Positions 39,111 to 49,262 of a stretch of DNA of 64,000 nt are shown in pieces. A program made the position numbers and the translations under genes. How positions within the stretch are numbered: the stretch's first letter is position 1; each line of letters starts with the position of its first letter. The stretch lies in sequence record PV764602.1. One strand, 5' to 3'. The notes beneath the pieces are model-generated. The model saw only the letters and a program-made list of their open reading frames with translations. It ran no database searches and was not told where the DNA came from.

Positions 39111-39473
39111 ATGAACGCCAACGTCCTCGCCCTGATCGTACAGACCGCCGTTGAACTGGGACTGGTGGTCCAGCATACCGCCAACGACATTACTGTCCTG
39201 TTCGATGAATCGGAGATGGAAGCGGCAGGCATGTTGGTGCAAGCTGCTCCGGCCCTTCGATTTGTGTATGGCCCTGTCCTGACCGCCTACCCCGAAGCTC
39301 ACATGGGATACCACGAAGGGGAGTTGCAGGCCATCGGGTTCGCCACCAAGGGCGTTCGGGGCGACGAACTGCGCGACTGCATCGAAAAGATGAAGACCCA
39401 CTTCAAGCCCGAAGCCGTCATGCCCCTCTTTACCTTCCTCGGCCTGCTGAACCGCAACGCCGCCAACCACTAA
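39111..39473 (+). CDS. Hypothetical (putative early) protein
   Basis: RBS GGAG. Confidence 0.65.
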   Translation: MNANVLALIVQTAVELGLVVQHTANDITVLFDESEMEAAGMLVQAAPALRFVYGPVLTAYPEAHMGYHEGELQAIGFATKGVRGDELRDCIEKMKTHFKPEAVMPLFTFLGLLNRNAANH

Positions 39474-39483
39474 GGAACCGACC

Positions 39484-39603
39484 ATGAAGATCAAGACCAT
39501 CCTGCTGACCGCCGTTGCTATCTCGGCCATCCTTTGGGCCGTCGCCATGATTGGCAGCGCCCCGTTCGTCGGCCCCACCCTTTCCACCACCGTCCGCGCC
39601 TGA
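39484..39603 (+). CDS. 39-aa hydrophobic, signal-peptide-like micro-protein (not in ORF track)
   Basis: RBS TAAGGA; MKIKTILLTAVAISAILWAVAMIGSA. Confidence 0.65.
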   Translation: MKIKTILLTAVAISAILWAVAMIGSAPFVGPTLSTTVRA

Positions 39604-39623
39604 CCCAACCAGCACCCAAAGGA

Positions 39624-39917
39624 ATGACCATGAGCAAGTACCCCGCAATCGCCAACCTCGATCACGTCATCACTCAGACCGTCCAGTTCGGGCTGGATGA
39701 CTACGCGGGCCAGACGGATCACGTGCCCGAGGCCGTCGCCCACAGCATCGCCTACATCGCCAGCTGCTTGATGGCCCAGCACACCACCAATGGTTACCTC
39801 GGCGTGCCCACCGACGCCGCCCTGAACGCCCTGCAAATCACCACGGTCCACATGAGCTACGAAGACCGACTGGCGCTGACCCGCGCCTTCATTGCAGAAT
39901 ACGGCGGCGTCAAGTGA
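39624..39917 (+). CDS. Hypothetical (putative early) protein
   Basis: RBS AAAGGA. Confidence 0.65.
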   Translation: MTMSKYPAIANLDHVITQTVQFGLDDYAGQTDHVPEAVAHSIAYIASCLMAQHTTNGYLGVPTDAALNALQITTVHMSYEDRLALTRAFIAEYGGVK

Positions 39918-39976
39918 TCCGCATCCTCGCCCTGCTGATCGTCACCCTGTCCACCATCCTGACCTACCGGAACTAA
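39914..39976 (+). CDS. 20-aa hydrophobic micro-peptide MIRILALLIVTLSTILTYRN (not in ORF track)
   Basis: GTGA overlap; exactly fills the gap to ATG 39978. Confidence 0.45.
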   Translation: MIRILALLIVTLSTILTYRN

Positions 39977-39977
39977 C

Positions 39978-40310
39978 ATGAACGCCAAGACCAAGACCAC
40001 TTCGGACGTTGATGCACAGCGCGATGCCATGCAGAAAGCCGCCGCAGCCGAGCAGTTCCACCGCCACTCCCTGCTGCAAAGCATGACGGCCGACGGTCCC
40101 CTGTTCGTTCCTATGGACAAGGCCCACACCTTCGGTCTCGCTCCCGCTGGCCGTGGCGGTGCCGCCCACCTTGACGCGCTGGAATCCCTCGGCCTCATGG
40201 CTGCGCTGGTGCCCCACGCAACCAACCCGGACACATGGGGCGGCTACCTCGTCTGCCGGTCCAGCTGGGCACGCGAGCAAGTAGGTCCGGACGACGCCAA
40301 GTTCCTCTGA
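39978..40310 (+). CDS. Hypothetical (putative early) protein
   Basis: Co-directional chain. Confidence 0.6.
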   Translation: MNAKTKTTSDVDAQRDAMQKAAAAEQFHRHSLLQSMTADGPLFVPMDKAHTFGLAPAGRGGAAHLDALESLGLMAALVPHATNPDTWGGYLVCRSSWAREQVGPDDAKFL

Positions 40311-40338
40311 CCCACCCTGTAAACCTAGATTAGACCCT

Positions 40339-40357
40339 GCCGCCTTCGGGCGGCTTT
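40339..40357 (+). terminator. Terminator with UUCG tetraloop
   Basis: GCCGCC-TTCG-GGCGGC-TTT. Confidence 0.75.
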
Positions 40358-40391
40358 GTCGTGTCTGCCCTCCCGACCTAAAGGAACCATC

Positions 40392-40658
40392 ATGAACAAG
40401 CTCTCCGCATTCTTCTCCAACCTGATCGCCTCTTCCGCTACCGACATTGACGGGTTCTCCATCAAGGTCAAAGGTGAGCGCACGCTGGAACTACTGGATG
40501 AAGGCCGCGCCGCAGTGGCCGACCCTGAGTTCGTGCAGCGCCACGGCAACTACTGGCACTTCGTCGAACAGCAGCATCCCGAGTACCTGCTGGTCAGCAC
40601 GGGCCGACTGGTCATCGTCAAGGTACTCCCCGACAACGCCATCGACGCAGCCGCATGA
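40392..40658 (+). CDS. Hypothetical protein
   Basis: RBS AAAGGA before ATG 40392. Confidence 0.65.
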   Translation: MNKLSAFFSNLIASSATDIDGFSIKVKGERTLELLDEGRAAVADPEFVQRHGNYWHFVEQQHPEYLLVSTGRLVIVKVLPDNAIDAAA

Positions 40659-40906
40659 GTACCGACACCCCGTTGCCCAACGTCGAGGCCGTGACCCACA
40701 ACACCTTCGTGGTGCGCACGCAAGCAGGCTTCCGACATGCCCTCAAAGCATGGGGCGGTAAGGTAAAGGGCGACACGATTCACGACTGGCCCACCGCCTA
40801 TCCGAGTCTTGTCACGTTCACCGTCGGCTACTGCGGGTATCATTACGTGCAGTGTACTGCCATCCACCTCAACACACTGATGCCCGTAGTGGGCCGGCAC
40901 GCATAA
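40655..40906 (+). CDS. Hypothetical protein
   Basis: ATGA overlap. Confidence 0.6.
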   Translation: MSTDTPLPNVEAVTHNTFVVRTQAGFRHALKAWGGKVKGDTIHDWPTAYPSLVTFTVGYCGYHYVQCTAIHLNTLMPVVGRHA

Positions 40907-40991
40907 GGAAATCCCATGCCCGACGTTACCCTGCACCTGTGCATCATCTGAGTCCTCTAATTTCAGGTGTCTTCCCCTAAGCAGAGAAACC

Positions 40992-41780
40992 ATGAGAGTC
41001 CTGTCTACCGTAGGGTCCAACAAGTTCGTCTGGACCGATCATCACCTAGACTACACCGCACCCGAAGACGATTCGCTATCTAGTGAGACTGCTTCCTCCG
41101 AAGAACACGCTCATGCGTTGAAACGTACTTCCTTACATCCCGAAGACCAAAAAGGGCACAAGGCACACGTAACTCGGGCACGCCAAACATCCGAACACGT
41201 TGGCCATGCAGTAGATCACTACAGAAGTATCGGACACAACGATTTTAACCGAGAACTCCGCCATCCCTCCCACAAGGGTAAGATCAAAGGCAACGGTGAC
41301 TACAACTTCACCGACCATTCGCTACATGATCTGCATAAAGGATTGGGGCACGCTACCAGTTATCAGCTGAAACACAAGACCGCTGTGTACCGTGGGGTGG
41401 GCGAAGCCGCCCACAAGATCAAGGCGCTCAAGAAGGGAGACACCTTCACTGACCACGGGTACACCAGTACCAGCCATAGCCCCTCAGTAGCCATTTCTTC
41501 CTTCGGTCATAGCGAGCACACGGGTACGCATCGAGAGCATCACGTCGTCAAGATTCATTTGCCCAAAGGCTCCAAGATTATGCACGTACCTCACCACGTT
41601 GATGATGGCCTTACCCGGCATGAGGCAGAAACGGTGCTGCACCACGGTAACAAGTTCAAGGTCTTGGGTCACAGCGTCCACGATCTACCGGGTAGTCCGT
41701 CCGGACACTCTTCCTCATTCGATAGCACCAAGCACCGGGTGCACGTAACCCACGTCAAGCTAGTAAAGCAACGCAAATGA
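40992..41780 (+). CDS. His-rich ADP-ribosyltransferase (R-S-E clade, VIP2/Alt-like)
   Basis: VYRG, GYTSTS, HEAE(ExE)-TVL..G.KFKV; about 39 His in 262 aa. Confidence 0.85.
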   Translation: MRVLSTVGSNKFVWTDHHLDYTAPEDDSLSSETASSEEHAHALKRTSLHPEDQKGHKAHVTRARQTSEHVGHAVDHYRSIGHNDFNRELRHPSHKGKIKGNGDYNFTDHSLHDLHKGLGHATSYQLKHKTAVYRGVGEAAHKIKALKKGDTFTDHGYTSTSHSPSVAISSFGHSEHTGTHREHHVVKIHLPKGSKIMHVPHHVDDGLTRHEAETVLHHGNKFKVLGHSVHDLPGSPSGHSSSFDSTKHRVHVTHVKLVKQRK

Positions 41781-41787
41781 GCGACTC

Positions 41788-41810
41788 AGGCATCCGAAAG
41801 GGTGCCTTTG
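41788..41810 (+). terminator. Terminator with GNRA loop
   Basis: AGGCATCC-GAAA-GGGTGCCT-TTG. Confidence 0.7.
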
Positions 41811-41834
41811 TCGTTTCTGCGCTCCCGAGTCGAG

Positions 41835-41860
41835 GGTGCCATTTTGGCATCCTGTAAATA
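41835..41860 (+). promoter_or_regulatory. Palindromic operator fused to ATCCTGTAAATA box
   Basis: GGTGCCATTTTGGCATCCTGTAAATA. Confidence 0.8.
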
Positions 41861-41973
41861 TAGGGACAAAGGAGGCGCTATGCCCCTCAAAGAACGGGTC
41901 CAACGGGGTGGCCCTTTTATCCCCGACTTCGTAGACGTTCGCTACATCACCCATAGCCCAACAAGGAAGCCCC

Positions 41974-42558
41974 ATGAGCCCGAAGCTCTGCATCATGAAC
42001 GACACCCACAACCAGCAGTCGGCTGTGATCGTCACCCTCCAGAAAGACGTGATTGCCCACACGATAAAGTTTGCCTACGAGGGTGATCCGGAGGGCCCTC
42101 GTTTCCGCCTGCCCACTGATACCGTAAGTCTGATGCGTCTGCGTGGCCTGATCGACAGCGTGCTTGAACCGAACCTGCTTGATCCTCGCGTGGTTCACGG
42201 TGACACCCAACGTCAGCTGACCGTTCATGCTAATGCCCTGCGTCAGCTGGCCGACCGTTGGGCAACTGATCGTGACTACAAGGGCAGCCCAGTTGACGAC
42301 ATTCGCGCGCTGATCGGCGACACCGCACAAGGTTCTGTGCCCGCTCTCAATCCCAAGTACCGGGAGGCGTTGAAGTTTGCTATAGGTCATCTGGACATGA
42401 GCGACCAACCCGAGTACGGACAGCTGCAAGAACTGTTGGCCATGACCGAGCGTGGGGAAGGTGCACGTAACCCGTGCGCGCACTGCGATGACGGCAAGGT
42501 CATCAACGAGAACTTCCGTACTGTTGAGCCGTGCCGCCACTGTGAGGACGCCAAATGA
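41974..42558 (+). CDS. Hypothetical protein with C-terminal CxxC...CxxC
   Basis: RBS AAGGA; CAHC...CRHC. Confidence 0.6.
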   Translation: MSPKLCIMNDTHNQQSAVIVTLQKDVIAHTIKFAYEGDPEGPRFRLPTDTVSLMRLRGLIDSVLEPNLLDPRVVHGDTQRQLTVHANALRQLADRWATDRDYKGSPVDDIRALIGDTAQGSVPALNPKYREALKFAIGHLDMSDQPEYGQLQELLAMTERGEGARNPCAHCDDGKVINENFRTVEPCRHCEDAK

Positions 42559-43069
42559 AGATATCCGAACTGCTGGACGAAGACACCATATCCGAACTGG
42601 TCACTTCGATCTTCCGCATCCGACTGGACTCCGGCCGCAGCGTAGGTGCCGTACTGACCCTCAACTACCCGGCCGGTCACGTGCGTGCTCTGCTAACCAA
42701 CGCGATCAACGAAACCGAAGTGTATGGAGAGGTCTCGACCTCCGTATCTACGGGTAGTGACCAACCTGATCCGCTGCTGGCTGCACTAGGAGGCAACAGG
42801 CAGACCTACCACTTCCTGACAGGCAAGTATCCCGAGGAAGACGTGGAAGACGTGGCGGCAATGGCCCGACGCTGGCAATGGCTGTGCATCAACCGACCGA
42901 CCCTGCTCATCACTGGCATCTTCGGGAACGGCTGCACAAACAAAACCATCGATGACGTGGAAATCATCATCGACCGCGCCGACGATCGGGGCCTGCTGCC
43001 AGTGCGCTTCCCTCCAACTGAGGACTGCCACGTGGGACCGAACTGCATCTGCCAACACAAGGACCAGTA

Positions 43070-43070
<1 letters not shown>
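42555..43070 (+). CDS. Hypothetical protein with KISELL N-terminal module
   Basis: ATGA overlap; aligns with 34776 ORF. Confidence 0.6.
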
Positions 43071-43851
<781 letters not shown>

Positions 43852-43855
<4 letters not shown>

Positions 43856-44037
43856 ACCTGGACGCACTCAGCATTCTCTTCATCGTGGTATTCGTCCTGC
43901 TGTCGTTTGTGTTCCTGTGGCTGGGACGTGGTGCATGGCGTGGTCGTGCACGTACCGGCATCACTCCTGTCTTCGCCAGCGCCTTTGGTTTCGGTGCCTG
44001 CTACACTGGCATCTTCCTTCTACTGGAAAGGCTATGA
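43852..44037 (+). CDS. Small two-TM membrane protein
   Basis: Two hydrophobic segments. Confidence 0.55.
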
Positions 44038-44300
44038 CCAACAAGACCTTCAACATCAAGACCGAGTTCTTCACCAAGCTGTGCATCTACCTCATGGTAG
44101 GTGGCCTAGTTACTGGTGTGATCGAACGCCAGTACGCCAAGGAGTGCCCCGGTGAGGCCGGTGGCATGTTGACCATCACCGAAGCTGGGATCGTCAGCGC
44201 CACGTGGCCTGCGTTGCTAGGCGCTACGGTGTTCCATCTACTGACCAAAGATGGGGCCGACCGTCCCACCCAATGCAAGAGCGCCCGAGGTGATCTATGA
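44034..44300 (+). CDS. Small membrane protein
   Basis: ATGA overlap; hydrophobic segments. Confidence 0.55.
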   Translation: MTNKTFNIKTEFFTKLCIYLMVGGLVTGVIERQYAKECPGEAGGMLTITEAGIVSATWPALLGATVFHLLTKDGADRPTQCKSARGDL

Positions 44301-44563
44301 CCTTCGATCTGACCATCCAACCAATCTCGGGTTGGAGCGAAGAAAGGAACTGCTGGCTGCACCCGCCTAGCTTCGCCAAGGTGTACGAAGTCGGGATCGA
44401 TCCCGACCACCTGTTGCTGCGTGTGGTTCCCCACCGTCACAGCCATAGCGTCAGCTACCTGAGCGTCAAGGCCCAACACTTGGCGGTCAACGACGTGGTA
44501 GTGTGGCCGTTCCCTACCGGCGAGCAGTTCGGGATCATCCACCACGTACCGAGTGTGCTCTGA
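44297..44563 (+). CDS. Hypothetical protein
   Basis: RBS GAGGTG. Confidence 0.6.
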   Translation: MTFDLTIQPISGWSEERNCWLHPPSFAKVYEVGIDPDHLLLRVVPHRHSHSVSYLSVKAQHLAVNDVVVWPFPTGEQFGIIHHVPSVL

Positions 44564-44694
44564 TGGAAGAAGCCGTCAGCATGTTATACACCCACGTAGA
44601 CTGTCCGTATTGTGACAACACCTTTGAGGTCGAAGGCGATCAACGAGGTTCCGTAGTCACGTGCGATCATTGTGATAAGGAAATGTTGGTATGA
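44563..44694 (+). CDS. Zinc-ribbon micro-protein
   Basis: CPYC...CDHC; TGATG coupling. Confidence 0.65.
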   Translation: MEEAVSMLYTHVDCPYCDNTFEVEGDQRGSVVTCDHCDKEMLV

Positions 44695-44736
44695 CCAACC
44701 ACGAACAAGCAATCACCGACGCACTGTGGAGAGACA

Positions 44737-45255
44737 ATGGACACAATTGACCTGAGCAAACCCACACGTGTGGTCACTGGGACCGTGACTATGCCTGCAC
44801 CTGCCTTCCAGCAGATTCCGAAGGCCAACACGTACACTCGACTGTACACCCCAGCTGAAACCCTCAGTGACATGGGCCAAGAGTTTGACGCGGCGTTGCA
44901 TGCTGCGATCCAACCAGTGCTCACCCACTTTATTGAGCGTGGAGCCGACAGTCACGACATGGAAGCGTTGGCCGTCGCTATGGTGACCAGCGAAATTGCC
45001 AGTCTGCGCATGGCCCGGCAGCTGCGCCGCCGCAACGAAGAACGCGAGGCAGAGCGATTGCAGTTGGAGACCGACATTTTGCAGTATGGGGATCGTGCCT
45101 ACGAACTGTGGTGCGAACACCAGCACAACGCAGTCAAGCGAGAGAACCGCCCTGCTTACTGGAGTCAGCTGCATCCACAACACAAAGCCGCGTGGGTCAT
45201 CCGGGCCAAGCGTGAGGCAGAACAGGCAGAGTGTAGGGAGGCCCACGATGAATGA
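44737..45255 (+). CDS. Hypothetical protein
   Basis: RBS GGAGA. Confidence 0.6.
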   Translation: MDTIDLSKPTRVVTGTVTMPAPAFQQIPKANTYTRLYTPAETLSDMGQEFDAALHAAIQPVLTHFIERGADSHDMEALAVAMVTSEIASLRMARQLRRRNEEREAERLQLETDILQYGDRAYELWCEHQHNAVKRENRPAYWSQLHPQHKAAWVIRAKREAEQAECREAHDE

Positions 45256-45403
45256 TTGTCCGCTGTGCAAAGCAACTCGACCCAGCTGCCCATACGGTCC
45301 CGTGGTGGCCACCGACGTAAAGACCGGCAAGAAGGTGTGGCTGTCTAGCACGTTGGTCCAGAAGATCACGAAGCTGCTGCCCAACAAGGAGGCTACCGCA
45401 TGA
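45248..45403 (+). CDS. Small Cys-containing protein
   Basis: RBS GGAGG; CPLC...CPYG. Confidence 0.5.
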   Translation: MNDCPLCKATRPSCPYGPVVATDVKTGKKVWLSSTLVQKITKLLPNKEATA

Positions 45404-45798
45404 CCGTCAAGCTCACAGGATGGACCAAGGCCGATGGGCACACGTTGTGGATGACACAAGATGGCGAACCTGTGTTCCGTGAAGGCCACCTGCCTGACCT
45501 CGGCCCCAACAAAGCTGTGCATCTTACGGGCAAGATGCCAGTGGACGATCCTCGCTACCTCAAATACCCAGGTTACGAATACCTTGAGGCCATCAGCGAC
45601 GATCAAACCCAGTACCTGATCGAGCCCAAGCGCAACACTCGCCTGCGGATACGTAGGAGCCCGACGTTGGTAGGTGGGTGGACTATGGACATCCGGTCGT
45701 ATGGTGAATGGGTTGTCTACCTTCCAGACGGTAGCAGCAAGACCATGATCCAAGATACGCTCGACAAAATCATTCGCTACGGTCCGGTGGGCGAATGA
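45400..45798 (+). CDS. Hypothetical protein
   Basis: RBS GGAGG, ATGA overlap. Confidence 0.6.
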   Translation: MTVKLTGWTKADGHTLWMTQDGEPVFREGHLPDLGPNKAVHLTGKMPVDDPRYLKYPGYEYLEAISDDQTQYLIEPKRNTRLRIRRSPTLVGGWTMDIRSYGEWVVYLPDGSSKTMIQDTLDKIIRYGPVGE

Positions 45799-46574
45799 GG
45801 ATTTTAGCCAAGTACGGCACCGGGAGTTCAGCTGTCTACATTGCAGTGGATGAGAGCACTCCCGATGTTGAGTACATCGTAACCTGCGCCATAGAGCTAC
45901 AGATTGGTCAGCAAGTTGAGGCGTCCAGTTGTTCGCTGCACACAGGGGTGCACACGCACCTTCCGTCTTACCTGTCGTTCCCATACCTGTACTCAGCCAT
46001 GTCCGGTTTGTGGATGCTGTGCCGCCGTCAAAGCAATAGGCGTGCGCTGGTGCTGGGTTTAGGTGGCGGCAATGCCTCGCGTTACATTCGCTACACGTGG
46101 CCCGATGTAGCCCTAGTGTCTGTTGAAGCCAGTCCCGAAATGATCGCGGTGGCAAAGCTGTGGCCTGACGTCGGACCAGTCATTAAGGGCGATGCAGTGC
46201 AAGTGGTCAAGCGTACCGAAGCTGGGTACCTTGATTTCGTGCTGGTGGATTGCTACCCCTTCGAGAACAATGCGATTGGCCAGCAGTTCTTTTCAACCGA
46301 GTTCCTGCGGGAGCTACGTAGTGTGTTGACCGACGACGGGATCGTGGCTTTCAACTTCATTGATGACGTGCCTCCGCTACGGGTAGCGGAGGTTGGGTTC
46401 AACGGCGGTGTGTTGGTGCGAAGCCCTGCGCGGTTACGGGAATCAAACAAGGTGGTGATGCTGACCAAGGCGCCGCTTGATCCCAACGAGTTTGTTACCG
46501 AGTGTCATTCATCCAACCCAGCTTACGCACTGTCGCGGCAGCTGACTGACTTTACCTTTGAGGCATACCCATGA
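45795..46574 (+). CDS. Spermidine-synthase-like class I SAM-dependent methyltransferase
   Basis: LVLGLGGG, VSVEASPEMIAVAK, GDA, DFVLVDCY, FFSTEFL..LRSVL..DG...FN. Confidence 0.8.
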   Translation: MRILAKYGTGSSAVYIAVDESTPDVEYIVTCAIELQIGQQVEASSCSLHTGVHTHLPSYLSFPYLYSAMSGLWMLCRRQSNRRALVLGLGGGNASRYIRYTWPDVALVSVEASPEMIAVAKLWPDVGPVIKGDAVQVVKRTEAGYLDFVLVDCYPFENNAIGQQFFSTEFLRELRSVLTDDGIVAFNFIDDVPPLRVAEVGFNGGVLVRSPARLRESNKVVMLTKAPLDPNEFVTECHSSNPAYALSRQLTDFTFEAYP

Positions 46575-46984
46575 AAATCATTTTGCAAATCCGGTGGCCC
46601 AGCGATGCTCCCGCCACAGATGCAGCAGACGTTCCCCGTATCACCGACCGCTTGTTCAATCTCACGCGTCCGATTCTGGAAGAGTACGACGCAGGCAACT
46701 ACAATCTGGATGACGTGATGACTGCGCTGGAGAACGCAGGGTTCCTCAACCCGAGTCCCTACCGTCGCGCCGGTGTTGTCTCGCTCATCTGCCCAGCCCA
46801 CGCTTACGAAGGTGCGGCCGATCTTGTCAGTACGGTCATGAGGAGCATTGCTGAGGGTGATGAGAGTGCAATCATTGTGTTCACCAATCCGGACATTCGC
46901 ATTGGTGCAGAGGTTGGCATGTTCGTGGCTGGTCCTCAGTTCACACTGCTCAACGTGAGCTTCGACCCCAGCAAGTTCCTGTAA
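46571..46984 (+). CDS. Hypothetical protein
   Basis: RBS GAGG, ATGA overlap. Confidence 0.6.
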   Translation: MKIILQIRWPSDAPATDAADVPRITDRLFNLTRPILEEYDAGNYNLDDVMTALENAGFLNPSPYRRAGVVSLICPAHAYEGAADLVSTVMRSIAEGDESAIIVFTNPDIRIGAEVGMFVAGPQFTLLNVSFDPSKFL

Positions 46985-46999
46985 CCAAGGAGACCGACG

Positions 47000-47326
47000 A
47001 TGACTTGCCACTGTGGATCGTATTCGTGTATGGACTGCATCTGTCCAGATACCTGCGGTCTATGCGACCGAAAGTGGCACAAGTGCCAGTGTAGCACAGA
47101 GCCGCGTGAGTACGAGTTGGAGAACGGCCGCAAGTACCGAGCGGTCTACACCAAGACGCCGTTTATCGACGGCGAGTATCCGAAGGGCGGCATCGTCGTG
47201 CACGTGTGGAGCACCGAATGGTGCTACCTTGCCAACTGCGAATCGTGGGAGGCAGTGGACGAAATGATGCGGTCGCTGAAACGGCTGCCCGAACGCAAGG
47301 AGAGAAATGATGGGCAAATGGATTGA
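47000..47326 (+). CDS. Cys-rich hypothetical protein
   Basis: RBS AGGAG; nine N-terminal Cys. Confidence 0.6.
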   Translation: MTCHCGSYSCMDCICPDTCGLCDRKWHKCQCSTEPREYELENGRKYRAVYTKTPFIDGEYPKGGIVVHVWSTEWCYLANCESWEAVDEMMRSLKRLPERKERNDGQMD

Positions 47327-47636
47327 CAAGATGCAGGTAGTGCATGGCACGACCATAGCCGAGTACAAAGCAATCTTGCTAGAGCGGGTACGCCACCCTT
47401 CCAAGATGTACCGAGACTTGGGATGCAAGCCTGTTGTCAAGCCTATCTACCTGTACGAACTGACCGACGGTACGATTTTGAACACAGGGTATTATCCATT
47501 GTGCCGTTCGCTACGCACCATGCTGGGTGCCTCGATCAAGAGCGAGGAATTTTGGTACGGCGACCCGAGTGTAACGCCGCTCCTGTTCGCGCATGGAGCA
47601 ATCGTCTTTCCTCAACGTGTGGAGAAGACCGCATGA
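47307..47636 (+). CDS. Hypothetical protein
   Basis: RBS AGGAG. Confidence 0.55.
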   Translation: MMGKWIDKMQVVHGTTIAEYKAILLERVRHPSKMYRDLGCKPVVKPIYLYELTDGTILNTGYYPLCRSLRTMLGASIKSEEFWYGDPSVTPLLFAHGAIVFPQRVEKTA

Positions 47637-48043
47637 ATGGTACTGGCCTTGGCCCTCCACGTCCACGCGTGGTGACACTGTCCGAGTTGTACGGTAAGCC
47701 CTACCCTTTGATTCTTTCGATAGATCGCCTCCTTGAGGGCAACCACTTACCGATGAGTAAGCCCCTCAGTAGAGACGAAATCCTCAACACCGATTGGACC
47801 CTCGTAGTTCAAACCTCTGCGCTGATTGCGTTCGGTCCAGAGGATATGGTAGCTGAGTTTGAACGTGCTAGGACCGAGGTCAAGCGTCCGCTGCACCCAC
47901 GCACGTTCAAGAAGAACCGACTGGTAGAAGGTGTTTCCCTAGAGGGCACCTTCCTGATCCAAGGGCCTTTGAGTGGATACGCTCCCGGTGACAACGTATG
48001 GCAACTCAGCGTTGATTACGCCGTTAACAGGAATCGAAAATGA
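47633..48043 (+). CDS. Hypothetical protein
   Basis: ATGA overlap at 47633. Confidence 0.55.
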   Translation: MNGTGLGPPRPRVVTLSELYGKPYPLILSIDRLLEGNHLPMSKPLSRDEILNTDWTLVVQTSALIAFGPEDMVAEFERARTEVKRPLHPRTFKKNRLVEGVSLEGTFLIQGPLSGYAPGDNVWQLSVDYAVNRNRK

Positions 48044-48390
48044 CACACATTGTCGCACCGAAGCCGCAGGAACACTGGCTCAAAGAACAGACCACCAAGT
48101 TCCGTCCCCTCTACAACAAGCGCACCAAGTTTGGTTCGGGAGGCAAGAGGACGTTGCTCGAAGAGTGGTGGACGGTTGAGAACACCGACCACGTTGTAGT
48201 GGATGATGACGGCAAACCCGTCCGTTTCCACTTCCTTCCGATGGCACAAATCTGCGCCGACTCTGTGAACGGTCCTACCGTTTCCCAGCAAGAGCAGACG
48301 CGCCAGATTCTACAGGACGTGGTGGACCGAAAGATCGACAACAACAAAGCAGTGGCTTTGCTGTTTGCAGTCTATGGGATTGACCTATGA
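48040..48390 (+). CDS. Hypothetical protein
   Basis: ATGA overlap. Confidence 0.6.
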   Translation: MTHIVAPKPQEHWLKEQTTKFRPLYNKRTKFGSGGKRTLLEEWWTVENTDHVVVDDDGKPVRFHFLPMAQICADSVNGPTVSQQEQTRQILQDVVDRKIDNNKAVALLFAVYGIDL

Positions 48391-48632
48391 AGAAGCTACT
48401 TAGGATCGTAGATGATTGGTGGTTGTTCATCGGCCGTGCTGCCATAGTGGTGTGCGTTACGTTCGTTGTCGGCATGATTGTATGGATCAACGTGCTTACG
48501 ATCAAGTCCAATCGTCACGCTAAAGAATGGTGCCCTCGACACAACGGCGTGCTGATCGAAGCAGGTTCCGGTAACGTCAAGTGCGTCAAGAGCATCGAAT
48601 ACTTCACCGAAGAGGAACTCAAGGCGCCATGA
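48387..48632 (+). CDS. Single-pass membrane protein
   Basis: AAIVVCVTFVVGMIVWINVL. Confidence 0.6.
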   Translation: MKKLLRIVDDWWLFIGRAAIVVCVTFVVGMIVWINVLTIKSNRHAKEWCPRHNGVLIEAGSGNVKCVKSIEYFTEEELKAP

Positions 48633-48931
48633 TGCACATTGTAGATTCGGGAGCTTTCACGATGGCGCTCAATGTACTGCGCCGTGCAGGTAAGACCGAA
48701 GTAGCTGACGAGCTAGAGAAGGCCAGCAGGACGCTGCACCCACGTGACCTCGCCGAGGCAATGGATCATGTGCTACAGAACAAGACCGAAGACGTGATGG
48801 ACGGCGGCTACTACGAATCGCCCAACACTTCGTTAGGCGATGATGCACTGGAACAAATGACCACTGTGATCGACGGCAATCTCTGCTTGGTTCCGTTTGC
48901 TGGTCGCGTGCTCAACTCAATCAAACCATAA
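48629..48931 (+). CDS. Hypothetical protein
   Basis: ATGA overlap. Confidence 0.55.
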   Translation: MMHIVDSGAFTMALNVLRRAGKTEVADELEKASRTLHPRDLAEAMDHVLQNKTEDVMDGGYYESPNTSLGDDALEQMTTVIDGNLCLVPFAGRVLNSIKP

Positions 48932-48941
48932 GGAAAGACTC

Positions 48942-49262
48942 ATGCCATACTCTACCCGTAATCGTGGCCTCTACATCATCATCGCGCTGCTCACGGGCAT
49001 GCTGGGGTTCCACAACTTCTACGCAGGACATTTGAAGAAGGGTGGCCTCCAGTTCTTGGCCACCGTGGTCAGCATCCTGATTATCCCCGTGACTGCCATG
49101 CTGTCTGTCCTGATTTCTGGCGGTGACAACGGCGGTGAGGCGTCCAAGCTGGTGATGTTCGCTGTGGTTGCTGCTCCTGTGCTGGCAGTGTGCAATGCAA
49201 TCAGCGTGATCCTGGACATCGTTGAAACCAAGTCTGACGGCTATGGCGATTTGATGCGTTGA
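48942..49262 (+). CDS. TM2-domain membrane protein
   Basis: IALLTGMLGFHNFYAGH.KKG.LQ; RBS AAGGA. Confidence 0.8.
   Translation: MPYSTRNRGLYIIIALLTGMLGFHNFYAGHLKKGGLQFLATVVSILIIPVTAMLSVLISGGDNGGEASKLVMFAVVAAPVLAVCNAISVILDIVETKSDGYGDLMR

Noticed and set aside
41845-41862. TGGCA in the palindrome as a sigma54 -24 element
   Set aside because: No TTGC at the required -12 spacing in any copy
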